DNA from: a virus
Lineage: Duplodnaviria > Caudoviricetes
Reading direction: 5' to 3' (one strand)
Virus record (IMG/VR): IMGVR_UViG_3300005326_000013
Span: 1-50,811 of that record
Length of the DNA: 50,811 bases
Shown here: in pieces, positions 8,856 through 18,817 of the stretch
How positions within the stretch are numbered: position 1 is the first letter of the stretch
Layout of the letters: each line of letters starts with the position of its first letter
Notes under the pieces: model-generated
What the model was told of the DNA's origin: nothing
The model's input: only the letters and a program-made list of their open reading frames with translations
The model's database searches: none
Made by a program: the position numbers and the translations under genes

Positions 8856-9154
8856 GCCTGATGCAGCATTACGACAAAGTCATCACTCGGATGCAGGCCG
8901 ACATCTGTCGCTTGATCGAAGAGAAGGCCGAAATCGAAGCTTGCGTTGAAATGCTGATATCTATCCGGGACCAAGCTCGCGCAGTACACGCGACCGGAGC
9001 AGGAACCTACAACGACAAAAGGACCTCTGTTGACCGTAAAAAGCTATCCGCGCTTGGACTCATAGTTAAGGAATCGTACAAAACCATCCCTTCGGAATTT
9101 AACAGCTCCGAAGCGGAAACCGATGTCAAAAGCACTACCGGTGAGTCGTTATGA
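8852..9154 (+). CDS. coiled-coil hypothetical protein
   Basis: RBS plus ATGA overlap. Confidence 0.6.
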   Translation: MSLMQHYDKVITRMQADICRLIEEKAEIEACVEMLISIRDQARAVHATGAGTYNDKRTSVDRKKLSALGLIVKESYKTIPSEFNSSEAETDVKSTTGESL

Positions 9155-9325
9155 TAAGGGTTGCACAAGGGGAGAGGGATGGTGGAGATGGCATTCTATC
9201 CGAAATGATACGGAGTATTCCGCCGGGCAATACCTCACACGGACGGATTGCGAGCGATCGAACCGGGTTTTTACCTGGGAATAACCCCCACCCCGCCCCG
9301 CTCCGGGGGGCACAGGAGGAACATC

Positions 9326-9664
9326 ATGGAACATACACCGGGACCATGGAGAGTTTTTAGAACTCATAAATTGAGCCTGGACTACTGGTATGTGATAACC
9401 GATGCGAAAGGATATGGCCCAATCATGGATGTTGGCGGCCGAGACCTGAATGGGCAAATCGCGGAAGCAAAACACCTTATTACTGCCCCGCGTGAAATCG
9501 AAGCCAACGCCCGCCTCATCGCCTCCGCTCCGGAGATGTTGGACTGCCTCCGGGCTGCTATCGCCAGGGTAGAGGTCGCCAATGCCGAAGGGGACGCCAT
9601 CATTTCGGCATGGCTGCTGAGCGCAAGGGCCATCGTTGCTAAGGCGGAAGGGAGGAACTCATGA
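9326..9664 (+). CDS. hypothetical protein, HTPGPW...ANARLIAAAP phage family
   Basis: MEHTPGPW...EANARLIASAPEML; AGGAGG RBS. Confidence 0.75.
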   Translation: MEHTPGPWRVFRTHKLSLDYWYVITDAKGYGPIMDVGGRDLNGQIAEAKHLITAPREIEANARLIASAPEMLDCLRAAIARVEVANAEGDAIISAWLLSARAIVAKAEGRNS

Positions 9665-10287
9665 AAATGAAAATGGGGAGGGAGTTGGTTGCCGGGGACC
9701 GCGTGTTGATCGTTGAGGCAGGCGGGCTTATTGTCGCCCGCTATATCAAAAGCGTGGAAAGATTAGAAAACTGGATCGAAGTCTCATTGGACATTAACAA
9801 GCTGAAATCCATCAAGCTCGCCGGGCCGCTTGACAACGTCCTGGTCATGGAGGATTAACATGAAACACTTTTGCATAGGCCTGCTGTTCATCGCCGGCGT
9901 CATCCTATGCACAAACGAGGGCGCGTCGTTTCCGTGGGTCAACATGGGAGGTATCACACTTTGCGCCCTGTCCGTGGTATGGGCAAGGGTATAGGGGAGG
10001 GAAAAATGGATATGAAAACAAAAATATCACAAGCTCTCAACGGAGAATACAAAGGAATTGACGGACTTATCGCCGTTGCGTATTGGATAGGAAAACATGA
10101 CGGCGTAGTTGAGGTATGCGACAAGCATAGAGCCATTATCTCCGCCATGAGAGATAGGGCCAGGGCCGTCCGTTATCATCACCTTGCCAACAATGTCATT
10201 GGGCAAGGGCCAGGCCAAATATATCATCCGGACTATTCATCAGATTTCCCCGACTGGACGGTTGAAGAAATCAACCCTGTCCTTTAA
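9661..10287 (+). CDS. three small genes (9661-9858; 9860-9994 two-helix membrane peptide; 10006-10287)
   Basis: each has a GGAGG-like RBS; the 44-aa MKHFCIGLLFIAGVILC... was hand-translated. Confidence 0.6.
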
Positions 10288-10294
10288 ATATTTC

Positions 10295-10326
10295 AAAGCC
10301 CTGGGCATCCACCCCAGGGCTTTTTT
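10295..10326 (+). terminator. rho-independent terminator where the plus and minus blocks converge
   Basis: AAAGCCCTGGG-catccac-CCCAGGGCTTTTTT. Confidence 0.85.
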
Positions 10327-10341
10327 ATTGCCTATCGCCCC

Positions 10342-10848
10342 TTAAGGATGTTTATCTATCATTCCATCGCAATAATCAGCCAATTTAGAAATACTATCCC
10401 AAAATTTATTGTCAAGCGACTTATCGAGTCTCCAAGATGTTTTGATTTGGCCCGAGCAGGCCAAGTGCGCCATTACTAGCGCAGGGTTATCCGATACTTT
10501 CCATGTATCGTCTCTGGGATCATAGACCCTGAGCCCTTCCACTGGAAATAAATATTAATTCATAACTTTGATGCCTATTTATACTTAATATCTAAAGAGT
10601 TCCATTAATAACAGGATCTATAATACTTCCAGCCCGTTGATCCGCTCTCTTGTACTGTTTATGTTATCATCAATTAGCCTACGAATCGCTTCTATACAAC
10701 AAGTAGCCTCATCATCAAAATGCATTTCCTTTATCTCTGGACTATCATAATATTCACCAATAGCGCTCTTTAATTTTTGCAGTTCATCCAGAACGACTTT
10801 CAACCTATTGTATTTGTCGATAGCAGATATAATACTTTTTACTTTCAT
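10342..10848 (-). CDS. two AT-rich hypothetical genes (10342-10542, 10618-10848)
   Basis: co-oriented ORFs at the end of the replication operon. Confidence 0.5.
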
Positions 10849-10861
10849 AGCTTATCCCCTT

Positions 10862-11359
10862 TTAAAATTCCATGCTTTCCGTAATGCCCGAGTACATGGC
10901 GCACTCCATGTTTCCCACGAACCCGTCCAGCCCGTCCCTTGCCATGGCCTCCCTGCGGCATGTGTCGCATAACCCCAAGCGATTTGGCGTCTTGCGCGCA
11001 CAATTCTGACATCTGCTGACCCGTTCACCATGGGCTATTTTGTACCAGTCCTTTGTCTGCTGATTCTGTCTTGCCCACTTCCGCTTTGCCCTCTTCCAGT
11101 GGACCTCCTTCGCCGCCTGACACTCGGGGGCGTCACACCATTTCCGGGCAGTCCTATCGTCACCGTCCTGCTCAAATCTCCCCCGGCAGTTTCGGCAGGT
11201 ATAATACCGCTTTCCGCCCCTGGCCTTCTCCCGACGCCGGGCCTGAGCCTCAGCGTCCGCCGCGTCCCTGAGTTTCTCGCACTCAGGCTCATGGCACCAG
11301 CGTTGATTATACACGCCGCCCTTGATGATCCCTCCGCAATTCTCGCAGATGACTTCCAT
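10862..11359 (-). CDS. multi-Zn-finger basic protein
   Basis: repeated CxxC...WCxxPEC modules. Confidence 0.65.
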   Translation of the reverse strand: MEVICENCGGIIKGGVYNQRWCHEPECEKLRDAADAEAQARRREKARGGKRYYTCRNCRGRFEQDGDDRTARKWCDAPECQAAKEVHWKRAKRKWARQNQQTKDWYKIAHGERVSRCQNCARKTPNRLGLCDTCRREAMARDGLDGFVGNMECAMYSGITESMEF

Positions 11360-11360
11360 T

Positions 11361-11795
11361 TCATCCCCCCAGTATTATTTCAAGGAATTTCCGAAACGAC
11401 CTCACCTCGTGAACCTCATGCCCCAACGCCATTGCTTGAAGTTTCAGCCGCTTCTGCTCGTCTGACATCCTGCCTTTTGCCGCCTTGAGTTCCACCAATA
11501 GCACCCTGCCCCCAGGAGCCAGGATGGTACAGTCCGGCCAGCCTGGGGTGAGCATCCCCGACGCCTTACGAGACTGCCGGTTGATTTGGCACGGGTAGCC
11601 CTTGTCCTTGCAATATTTCTGGATCTTGCCGGAGAGCCTAGCTTCCGGGCCGGGGTCGGCGTTTGACGTTTCGGGTTCGGAAGGGGTAAGGTTCCCCCCT
11701 TTCGCGCCCCCGCTGTTGTGACCCTTCATAACCTGGTGGAACTTATCCAGGTATGCCTCAAGCTCAGCTTCCGTCTTGATCGGATGTGTTGTCAT
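11361..11795 (-). CDS. VRR-NUC domain nuclease
   Basis: GWPDCTIL...LVELKAAKGRMSDEQK motif. Confidence 0.88.
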   Translation of the reverse strand: MTTHPIKTEAELEAYLDKFHQVMKGHNSGGAKGGNLTPSEPETSNADPGPEARLSGKIQKYCKDKGYPCQINRQSRKASGMLTPGWPDCTILAPGGRVLLVELKAAKGRMSDEQKRLKLQAMALGHEVHEVRSFRKFLEIILGG

Positions 11796-13231
11796 GATTT
11801 GACCTCAATCAAGTTCATCTGATTTTCGTTTGCCGATGACTTGAACTTGTCTCTGACCTTTAGCCCTTTGACGAACGATATGCCTACCTCGAAATCCACC
11901 ACGCCTCCGGTCCCAGGCGTGAGGGCGACCGATAGGCCGACGCTTATCCCTGCCTCAGACAGGAGAAACGCCTCGTTTATGTCGTCCCTGTACGTATCGA
12001 GAGTGTGATGAATCAACTTTTCCACTTCCGCTTGCACTATCGGGCCGATACTTGCCATGTCATTCCCTCCTTGTAGGTTGTAGGTTGATTGTTTGCGCCC
12101 AGGATGCCCCACATTGCGAATTCACCCCTCCAACGTCATTTTCCACACTGACCACCAGAACTCTCAGCCTCGTGGCGATCTGACGCCTTCTCGGGCCGTT
12201 CCCTATAACACTCACAGCCCTGTTCGGCAAAGTTGCGGTCATGGCCCTCTTTTGGCGATACAGCCGCATATACGGTAATTTGGCATCCGGTTAAAGCCCA
12301 CATCGGTACAAGAGCGTCACAATTTCCCCACGACACATGAAGGTCACTTCTGAAATGCTCACACTCCCCGCACGACTTCATGGCGCTCCTCCCTTCAACC
12401 CCTCATGTATTCTCATCCCTGGTTTATACCAATACGGCTCTTTCGGGTCTTCCCGGTCAAGCCAGTTATACAGGTCGTCCCCTATCCTGGCCCTGAGGTT
12501 GCGCTCGTTCTCCCGGGCGAGTCTATCCCCCCCGTCGTAACGGTCGGGTTCTTCCAGGTCGGGCAGGCCGGTCCAGGTGGGGCGGGTCTCACTACGTTTC
12601 ATCATGGCTAAACTCCATAAACATTTCCCACCATTCCCCAACATTATCTTTTGGCAACGCTAGCGGATATAATTTCGGGCTAATTACATGTTGTTCTTCC
12701 CAATACTGTCTAAAATTATGTATGTCACGTAGGATCATATCAACAAACTCGTCAAGTGTCATTTCTTCCCCCTCTTCACCATGAAGCGGTCCCGGTCGAA
12801 GCCGTCCATGTCCTTCTTTTTCGCCGCCGCAATCTGGTCACGATAAAACGTAAAGCGGTCATAAAACCGTTGAAGCTCGGCCTTTTCGCGTTCGACTATA
12901 TCCCTTTGCCTCAACATTGATAGTTCGAGATCGCTAATGGTTTCCTCATGCCACTTGATAGACTTTTTATTCCCCATGTGGTTCACCCCCTTTCGCCACC
13001 CCCGTCAGCTTCCGCGCACCCCACCATGCCCTTATGCTAAAATCCCACCATGGCCTCCACATGCAAAACGTAATTACAGATATGAGTCCGCATATCAGGT
13101 CCATCCATGCAGCAATCCACCAGCCAAGCCAGTCGTTGAATTTCATGGTTCACCTCTCCAAAGCTACTAAAACGTAAAACAACCATCCCGCCAGGGCACA
13201 AATGCCCAAGATCACCACTACTATCGGCCAA
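11792..13231 (-). CDS. cluster of small hypothetical genes (about 11792-12058, 12136-12381, 12378-12605, an AT-rich ORF starting near 12762, 12759-12977, one or more at 13037-13231)
   Basis: overlapping co-oriented ORFs with GGAG RBSs; boundaries approximate. Confidence 0.5.
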
Positions 13232-13244
13232 TTTAGATCGTTAT

Positions 13245-15446
13245 TTAATCCGCCCATAGCCTTTTCTCTCCTCCATCGGTATTTAACCTAGAAGTTGCCT
13301 CATCGTTTTTCTTATTTAAAATACCTGCCACTTGGAAAAAGAACCCGGTCCCGTCTTTAATAAAATCTCTTAAATAACTGTCCTCTGATATTCGCTGCAT
13401 TTCTTTAAATACATTGATATTTTGAAACTTAGCCTGCCATTTTTCGATTTGATTAATTGTTATACGTTTTTGAACATTACCCATGGTCCTAACATAAAAG
13501 TCTGGGTCTTCATCTCCTGCCTCTAGTTTCCTGGCCACGGCCTCACGGTTTACTGTTGCGCTATTCTGCCATGCCCCAAGTGTGGTCAGCTTGAACCCGT
13601 TTTCTATTTTAAAGTGAAGTTCATGCCTATTAATATTGGTTCCTATAAAATGCTTTGCCTTTATTATTTTTAATGCACAGACAATGCTATCAGGTAAAAC
13701 AGCTATATTATCAAGTGCCATATAAAGCCGAGCTTTCTCACCAGTCGCCTCTCCACCCCTGGCATATTCGCTTCCGCTTTTTTTCTGAATACAAATCATG
13801 GCTACCCCATTATTGAGGGAATCATATATAGCCCGAATTGAGGATGGAATCTTGAAATATTCTCCTTCAATTTCTTCCAGATAATCGACACATGAAAGAC
13901 CATCGGGATTGAAATGTTGGATTGCCGCATCAAAGTCATAGCTTTTGCTCGCCACTCGAACCTTTTTCCAGTCCGACATGGGACGATCAAACCACTTTAT
14001 CCGGCTTTTGTATTCCGAACCACCCATCTCGGACATATAATAATCAATCTGATATTCCTGATGGAGATTTATATGGATGGTGTTCAAAATGAGGGCTGTC
14101 TTTCCTGCGTTTGACGAGCCAGCTAAGACGATGATGCTGTGGGGAGGAATTAAAACTTTTTCATGAAGCCCGAAGGGCAAAATTATAGGGAAAGCCCTTT
14201 CCACCTCTGCGTCTAGATCTAGCCACTCGACATGGGTGTCGGTGACGTAGTACATTCCCTTCTTTTTCTTATCTCTCTTTATCTTATTATATAGAACTAG
14301 TCTTGTAAGTATGACAGAACGGTTGTTTTTCTGCCCTCGGGTGGTAAGGCAAAACTCCCTATCTAGCTGTTCAACGGTGAAACAACCGACTGAATTTATT
14401 ACCCATTCTTCTATGGCTACCGCGAGGCTGTTTGGTTTCCTATTAACAGGTTCCTGCTTACACGTGCTTACATCCTGCTTACATCCTGCCAACATTTGCT
14501 TACAACTGCTTACATTGCTTACATAGGCTTTCTTGTCATCATCTAGGCTTACATCAAGAGCCTCCTGCTTACATGGATCATCTCCTACCGTCGCAACTTC
14601 TAAATTATCCTCAAGGAAACTAAACTCTCTGGGTTTCAAAATTCCACCTGACAATCCACTGGCGATTGTGGCCCTAGCTTCCTTTTCCTCAAGCCCGATT
14701 CCAACGGCAGACGCCAATAAGGCGGTTTCAACGTGGCCTTTGTCTAATAATCCGGCACCAACGAACTGCCCAAGATTGAAAGCTGAGGCGTTCAAAGTAA
14801 CGTTTCGAGTGTGGAGTGGGGCAGATGTTAGGGATACCAATTCGGAAGCAAAAGCCTTGTTCGCGTAGGACGATTTTCCGTTACTGTTGGGTAGTAAATT
14901 TTGAGCTTGTTGAAGGCTTGTTTCCGGCTTTGATTCGACCAAAAACAAGAGCCATTCTGGAGCTGCTATCAATGGATGCTTTCCTACCCATCCGTACCAT
15001 TTGCCGGAAGGATGCCCGGACGGTGGAAGAATCACATATCCTCCATCCCCCCTGACATCTAACCGGGGACCAATTTTACTTGCAGAATTGCGGATTATTC
15101 TATCAGTTGGCCATATCCAAAATAATTGGCATCCTCCGCCACCCGTTATTTGCATTAGTGTATCTGGTAGCTTTTCATATTCATTTTCCAATGCCGAAAG
15201 ACTTTCTGACCCCCCTGGCTCGTCAACATCAAGCACCCATTTTCCGCTTGCAGGGCCGGTTGGCATACCAATTGAAGCCCCGGGGTGATCTCCCCACCAG
15301 CGGATAATCTGGTTTAAATCGGTTGTTGCTTCTTTGAACCCTAGCTTAGTATATGGGTGTTTTGTTTCTCTTACGCAAGGAAATACTGGTATTCCCTTTT
15401 TCGCGTATCCTAACGCATTTTGCATAATTTGTCGATCTGTCGCCAT
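13245..15446 (-). CDS. bifunctional primase-polymerase fused to winged helix and RecA-fold helicase
   Basis: PVFPC, IGMPTG, VLDVD, LDVRGDGGYVILPPSGH (Prim-Pol); Walker A LAGSSNAGKT, MSEM, CVDYL. Confidence 0.88.
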   Translation of the reverse strand: MATDRQIMQNALGYAKKGIPVFPCVRETKHPYTKLGFKEATTDLNQIIRWWGDHPGASIGMPTGPASGKWVLDVDEPGGSESLSALENEYEKLPDTLMQITGGGGCQLFWIWPTDRIIRNSASKIGPRLDVRGDGGYVILPPSGHPSGKWYGWVGKHPLIAAPEWLLFLVESKPETSLQQAQNLLPNSNGKSSYANKAFASELVSLTSAPLHTRNVTLNASAFNLGQFVGAGLLDKGHVETALLASAVGIGLEEKEARATIASGLSGGILKPREFSFLEDNLEVATVGDDPCKQEALDVSLDDDKKAYVSNVSSCKQMLAGCKQDVSTCKQEPVNRKPNSLAVAIEEWVINSVGCFTVEQLDREFCLTTRGQKNNRSVILTRLVLYNKIKRDKKKKGMYYVTDTHVEWLDLDAEVERAFPIILPFGLHEKVLIPPHSIIVLAGSSNAGKTALILNTIHINLHQEYQIDYYMSEMGGSEYKSRIKWFDRPMSDWKKVRVASKSYDFDAAIQHFNPDGLSCVDYLEEIEGEYFKIPSSIRAIYDSLNNGVAMICIQKKSGSEYARGGEATGEKARLYMALDNIAVLPDSIVCALKIIKAKHFIGTNINRHELHFKIENGFKLTTLGAWQNSATVNREAVARKLEAGDEDPDFYVRTMGNVQKRITINQIEKWQAKFQNINVFKEMQRISEDSYLRDFIKDGTGFFFQVAGILNKKNDEATSRLNTDGGEKRLWAD
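14456..14573. repeat. GCTTACA iteron-like array (8 exact copies); putative replication origin
   Basis: copies at 14456, 14466, 14477, 14498, 14508, 14517, 14547, 14567, plus a degenerate one at 14488. Confidence 0.6.
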
Positions 15447-15463
15447 CTATCTTCTCCACGGAG

Positions 15464-15888
15464 CTATTCCCAAGGAGGTGCATCTAATTCATCTGTCTCA
15501 ATTTTTAATCGCCTATTGACTGATATATTTCTTCGGCACCAATGCACGATGCTATGGCAAGCCGTACATACAACAAGGATGTTTTTTGGCTCTCTACCCC
15601 ACCTTCAGAAATAGGGATCAGATGATGGGATATGAAAACTTCTTTTGGATAAAGATTGGCCTCAGTCCTTCCGCAAATTTGGCAATAATTGATGCATAAC
15701 TTTTTGGGTAGGTATTTATTATTAGGCCGTTTTTGGTTGTTATCGGGCTTCTTTACCCAAGTAAGAAATCTACGGCAAATTGGGCAGGTAGCCTTACCAT
15801 AATGCACGGACTCGGGAGTCTCGTAAATCTCTACCTCAACATCTTGCTCACAATTGGAACAATAGGTTGATTTATCTGTAATTTTCAT
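15464..15888 (-). pseudogene. Zn-ribbon/HNH endonuclease split by a 1-nt frameshift
   Basis: HHLIPISEGG in frame 0; KNILVVCTACHSIVH...PPWE* in the -1 frame, stop at 15464-15466. Confidence 0.75.
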
Positions 15889-15900
15889 CTGTTTCCTGTC

Positions 15901-15974
15901 AAAAAAAACCTCGGTCCTGTCTTAGCGTAAACTAGAACGCTGCCGGGGCGTTACCGCTTCCGGGGACCGAGGTT
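15901..15974 (-). ncRNA. C4-antisense-like three-stem RNA / terminator
   Basis: 11-bp closing stem plus U8, GUAA tetraloop arm, and CUAGUUUA complementary to upstream UAAACUAG (16021-16028). Confidence 0.55.
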
Positions 15975-16045
15975 GCTTGCGGATTAATGGGTGATTTTTG
16001 TGGCATGTCGCCGCCTCGCGCTAGTTTATGAATTCAGACAAACTT

Positions 16046-16074
16046 ACCATAACAAAACCTCATACCCTTGTTAA
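16046..16074 (-). promoter_or_regulatory. sigma70-type promoter for the HNH/primase leader
   Basis: TTAACA-17 bp-TATGGT. Confidence 0.5.
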
Positions 16075-16090
16075 GTGAAAAATGATTTGT

Positions 16091-16714
16091 TTAAAACGGA
16101 ATATCGTCATCGACAGGCGGAGGCGGGTTGTCTTCTGAAGCCCCCATGCCGCCGCTCATCTCTGCCATCCACTCCTTGGACTCCATGATGATGTTGCAGA
16201 TCCATTCAGGCGTGCTGGGTGGAATGGGTCCCCCCTCACTGAAGCTGTAATAGCGCGGTTCGTTTTCAGGTGTCTTTTTGGGTACTGCCGCCATCAATGG
16301 GACAATCGCGGTGATGTTGGCATAGGTCCGGTCGTTTTTCTCCTTGTGCATGACCTGGATGGAGCAGTTGACCCCGAGAAGTTTGGTCAGGTCAAATCCT
16401 TCCAGTTCAAGGGCCGTAAACGGTCGCCCGCGCCAGCTTTCCAGGTCTTTCCGGAGGTTGCTTTTCTCGTGAAGACTGTGGGTGTATTGTTTGCTGATTG
16501 CCCTGGGCAGGTTGACCTTCTCCCCGTCCCGTTCCAGGTCGATCCAAACATCCGGCAGTTCCCATTGAATCAGCACCTTGTGAATGTCTTTGTCCCATGT
16601 GGTATCATGTTGCGTTCCGAGGTCGTACACCCCGTAGCATACCGCTTGGTGCATCCCTGCCGGGATGGGTTCATAATTGCCGCCGTCTAGTTTGTCTTTT
16701 ACGATCAGTCCCAT
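16091..16714 (-). CDS. phage single-stranded DNA-binding/replication protein
   Basis: PAGMHQAVC..VYDLGTQ, SLHEKSNLRKDLESWRGR and acidic DDDIPF C-terminus. Confidence 0.75.
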   Translation of the reverse strand: MGLIVKDKLDGGNYEPIPAGMHQAVCYGVYDLGTQHDTTWDKDIHKVLIQWELPDVWIDLERDGEKVNLPRAISKQYTHSLHEKSNLRKDLESWRGRPFTALELEGFDLTKLLGVNCSIQVMHKEKNDRTYANITAIVPLMAAVPKKTPENEPRYYSFSEGGPIPPSTPEWICNIIMESKEWMAEMSGGMGASEDNPPPPVDDDIPF

Positions 16715-16726
16715 GATGTTCCTCCC

Positions 16727-17653
16727 TTAGATTAGTCCCCATCGTTCGTTGGCCTTCCGACTCATTTCCTTACAGGCATCAACCACCTCACAAAAACCCT
16801 CGCATCTGCGCCTGTCCCATGACTCCCAATTGTTGCACAGCCTTGCATGCCGATGTTTGAACGCCTCATTAACTTCATCAGCCAAAACCTTGTAAAAACT
16901 AAGAACATCGGCATTCAGAAGCCTCTGAATCGGAATCATATACAGGTTACGAGTGATCCCTCTGTTCTTGGCTATGTAAGTTCCACCATCCCGGCAAAGG
17001 GCCTGGACTTGCATTCGAGAGACAGGGAAACCATAGCGTTCGAAAAAAATTCGGTAACGATTAATCTGGAGATTCTCCGCCTTGAGATCCACCTTTGCCG
17101 GCGACTGCGATATGATGCTTTTCTGGACGGTTTTCGGTTGACCCTTGTTTGGCCCGCTCTTCAGAATAACCGGTTTTCCATCTTGATCCAACACGGTTTC
17201 TTCTTGTTTATCAACCGAGATCCCTAGAGCTTTAGCTACCTTGTAAGACCCCCACGTCTTGTAGTCCGTAATGATGTACTTTCCCAACTCCTGGTCGTCT
17301 GTTTCCAGCACATCGGCAATCCCGGCCATGTCCTTGTCGGATAATTTTTCTTCACTTAGGACGTTCCGGGTATAATGATGGATTGCCAGTTTATTGTGTG
17401 TAGACGTGCCAAACGCGGCCCACACTCGATCATTTGGATCTATAACATAGGACTCAGTGGCTTTCAGGTAGAGCGCCCTGGGGCCATTTCCTGCGCTCGA
17501 AGGGGATACCCCTGCCCACTGACGATCAAACCCTATCAGTTGCAGAAATGGGACCGTGGCGCATCGTTGCCCCATGCGGCATCCGTTTGGGGCAAGGCAT
17601 TTTATGATCTCTATTGTTTCCCCGTCTGGGCATCGGAACCACTTGGCTGCCAT
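16727..17653 (-). CDS. Cas4-like PD-(D/E)XK exonuclease
   Basis: GTSTH, GIADV, ITDYKT, QINRY and C-terminal Cys cluster; adjacent to SSB. Confidence 0.8.
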   Translation of the reverse strand: MAAKWFRCPDGETIEIIKCLAPNGCRMGQRCATVPFLQLIGFDRQWAGVSPSSAGNGPRALYLKATESYVIDPNDRVWAAFGTSTHNKLAIHHYTRNVLSEEKLSDKDMAGIADVLETDDQELGKYIITDYKTWGSYKVAKALGISVDKQEETVLDQDGKPVILKSGPNKGQPKTVQKSIISQSPAKVDLKAENLQINRYRIFFERYGFPVSRMQVQALCRDGGTYIAKNRGITRNLYMIPIQRLLNADVLSFYKVLADEVNEAFKHRHARLCNNWESWDRRRCEGFCEVVDACKEMSRKANERWGLI

Positions 17654-17862
17654 TTCTTAATCTCCTCCTCCCCTTCCCTGACGCCCTTAGCGAGGGCCTC
17701 TAGGATGTCGGCCTGGCCTTGGTAATAGGATTCTTTTTGCGCGTAGGTACTCCATAGATAATCGTGTTCGCCATGCTCTACTTTTGCATCATAATTATAT
17801 AGTTCTTTCTTTCTTGCCTCCTTCGCCAGTTGATCCAAGAACGTCCACGATAAGCAGCCCAT
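17611..17862 (-). CDS. hypothetical protein
   Basis: ATG at 17862 with G-rich RBS; MGCLSWTFLDQLAKE. Confidence 0.55.
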   Translation of the reverse strand: MGCLSWTFLDQLAKEARKKELYNYDAKVEHGEHDYLWSTYAQKESYYQGQADILEALAKGVREGEEEIKKWQPSGSDAQTGKQ

Positions 17863-17977
17863 GATCTCCCCCCTCCCCCGGCGCGGTCCCTGGCTCCGTA
17901 TTCCCGACCGTTGATCGGGTGACAATGACCGCCCCCTTACCCCAGGCAGTTGACCCTGCCGCCGAGAGGTTAAATGT

Positions 17978-18223
17978 TTACCCCAAAAGGAACAGGATCT
18001 TGGCCCAACCAAGCGCCAACCTAGCGGAGCCCCCGACCCTGTGTTCAGTGTTCCCTAACGCTTCATAGCAACCTGCCCAATCCTCCGTAGTAAGCTGAGC
18101 GTCCAAACGTTGCGACTCCAAGTTGCCCATGTGACACGCCGTATCCACGCCGCCGCCCGTGCCGTCGAACGTCCCGCAGGAGTCAGTCGCAGAGGGGCAG
18201 AGGGTCATGGCGTTAAACCTCAT
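17978..18223 (-). CDS. hypothetical protein (doubtful)
   Basis: 81-aa ORF coupled to the pentapeptide gene. Confidence 0.35.
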   Translation of the reverse strand: MRFNAMTLCPSATDSCGTFDGTGGGVDTACHMGNLESQRLDAQLTTEDWAGCYEALGNTEHRVGGSARLALGWAKILFLLG

Positions 18224-18815
18224 ATCCTTTGATCTTCCAGCCCTTCTCTTTGCAGATAGCTAAAATCAAATCGCTGTCCCTCATCTCGGGCGGGCCTGCT
18301 TTCCATAAGTCTTTACGTAACTCGAAATCCCACCACCGCTCCTCATTCTGATATGGGCATGGCCCTCCTTTTGCCCATTCATCAAACCGGTTAGGGTATG
18401 GGTGCGCCCAAGCGTCCCGGCGCATGAGTTCTAGGGTGATGGTATCGGACAATTTACCCAACGGCATTGACGACAATAGCCGGATGGAGGGCAGTTGATA
18501 GGATTCGATTTTGGCACCCCTGAGGTAGGCACCCATGAGGTAGGCACCCCTGAGGTCGGCACCCATGAGGTAGGCATCCCTGAGGTCGGCATCCCTGAGG
18601 TCGGCACCCATGAGGTAGGCATCCCTGAGGTAGGCATCCCTGAGGTCGGCACCCCTGAGGTCGGCACCCCCGAGGTAGGCATCCCTGAGGTAGGCATCCC
18701 TGAGGTCGGCACCCATGAGGTAGGCTTTTTTTGCGACAACCAACGATTTTAGGTTGTCAGCCTCCCCCTTGTGCATCACTTCGCCTGTCCGCAAATTTTT
18801 AATCTCGTATTCCAT
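18213..18815 (-). CDS. pentapeptide-repeat protein
   Basis: 14 A(D/Y)Lx(D/G) repeats followed by a globular C-terminal domain. Confidence 0.92.
   Translation of the reverse strand: MEYEIKNLRTGEVMHKGEADNLKSLVVAKKAYLMGADLRDAYLRDAYLGGADLRGADLRDAYLRDAYLMGADLRDADLRDAYLMGADLRGAYLMGAYLRGAKIESYQLPSIRLLSSMPLGKLSDTITLELMRRDAWAHPYPNRFDEWAKGGPCPYQNEERWWDFELRKDLWKAGPPEMRDSDLILAICKEKGWKIKGYEV
18516..18725. repeat. 14 x 15-bp near-perfect tandem repeat
   Basis: near-identical 15-bp units encoding the pentapeptides. Confidence 0.92.
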
Positions 18816-18817
18816 TT

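Noticed and set aside
9155-9320. structured ncRNA between 9154 and 9326
   Set aside because: G-rich and C-rich ends could pair, but stems are short and mismatched and a 69-aa ORF overlaps; not supportable by eye
8388-9664. two PW...NARLIxAAP paralogues as a novel system
   Set aside because: A very common small phage family that often occurs in several copies
16727-18725. CRISPR-Cas (Cas4-like gene plus nearby repeats)
   Set aside because: The repeats are spacer-less coding pentapeptide units; no array or other cas genes; solo Cas4-like nucleases are common in phage recombination modules
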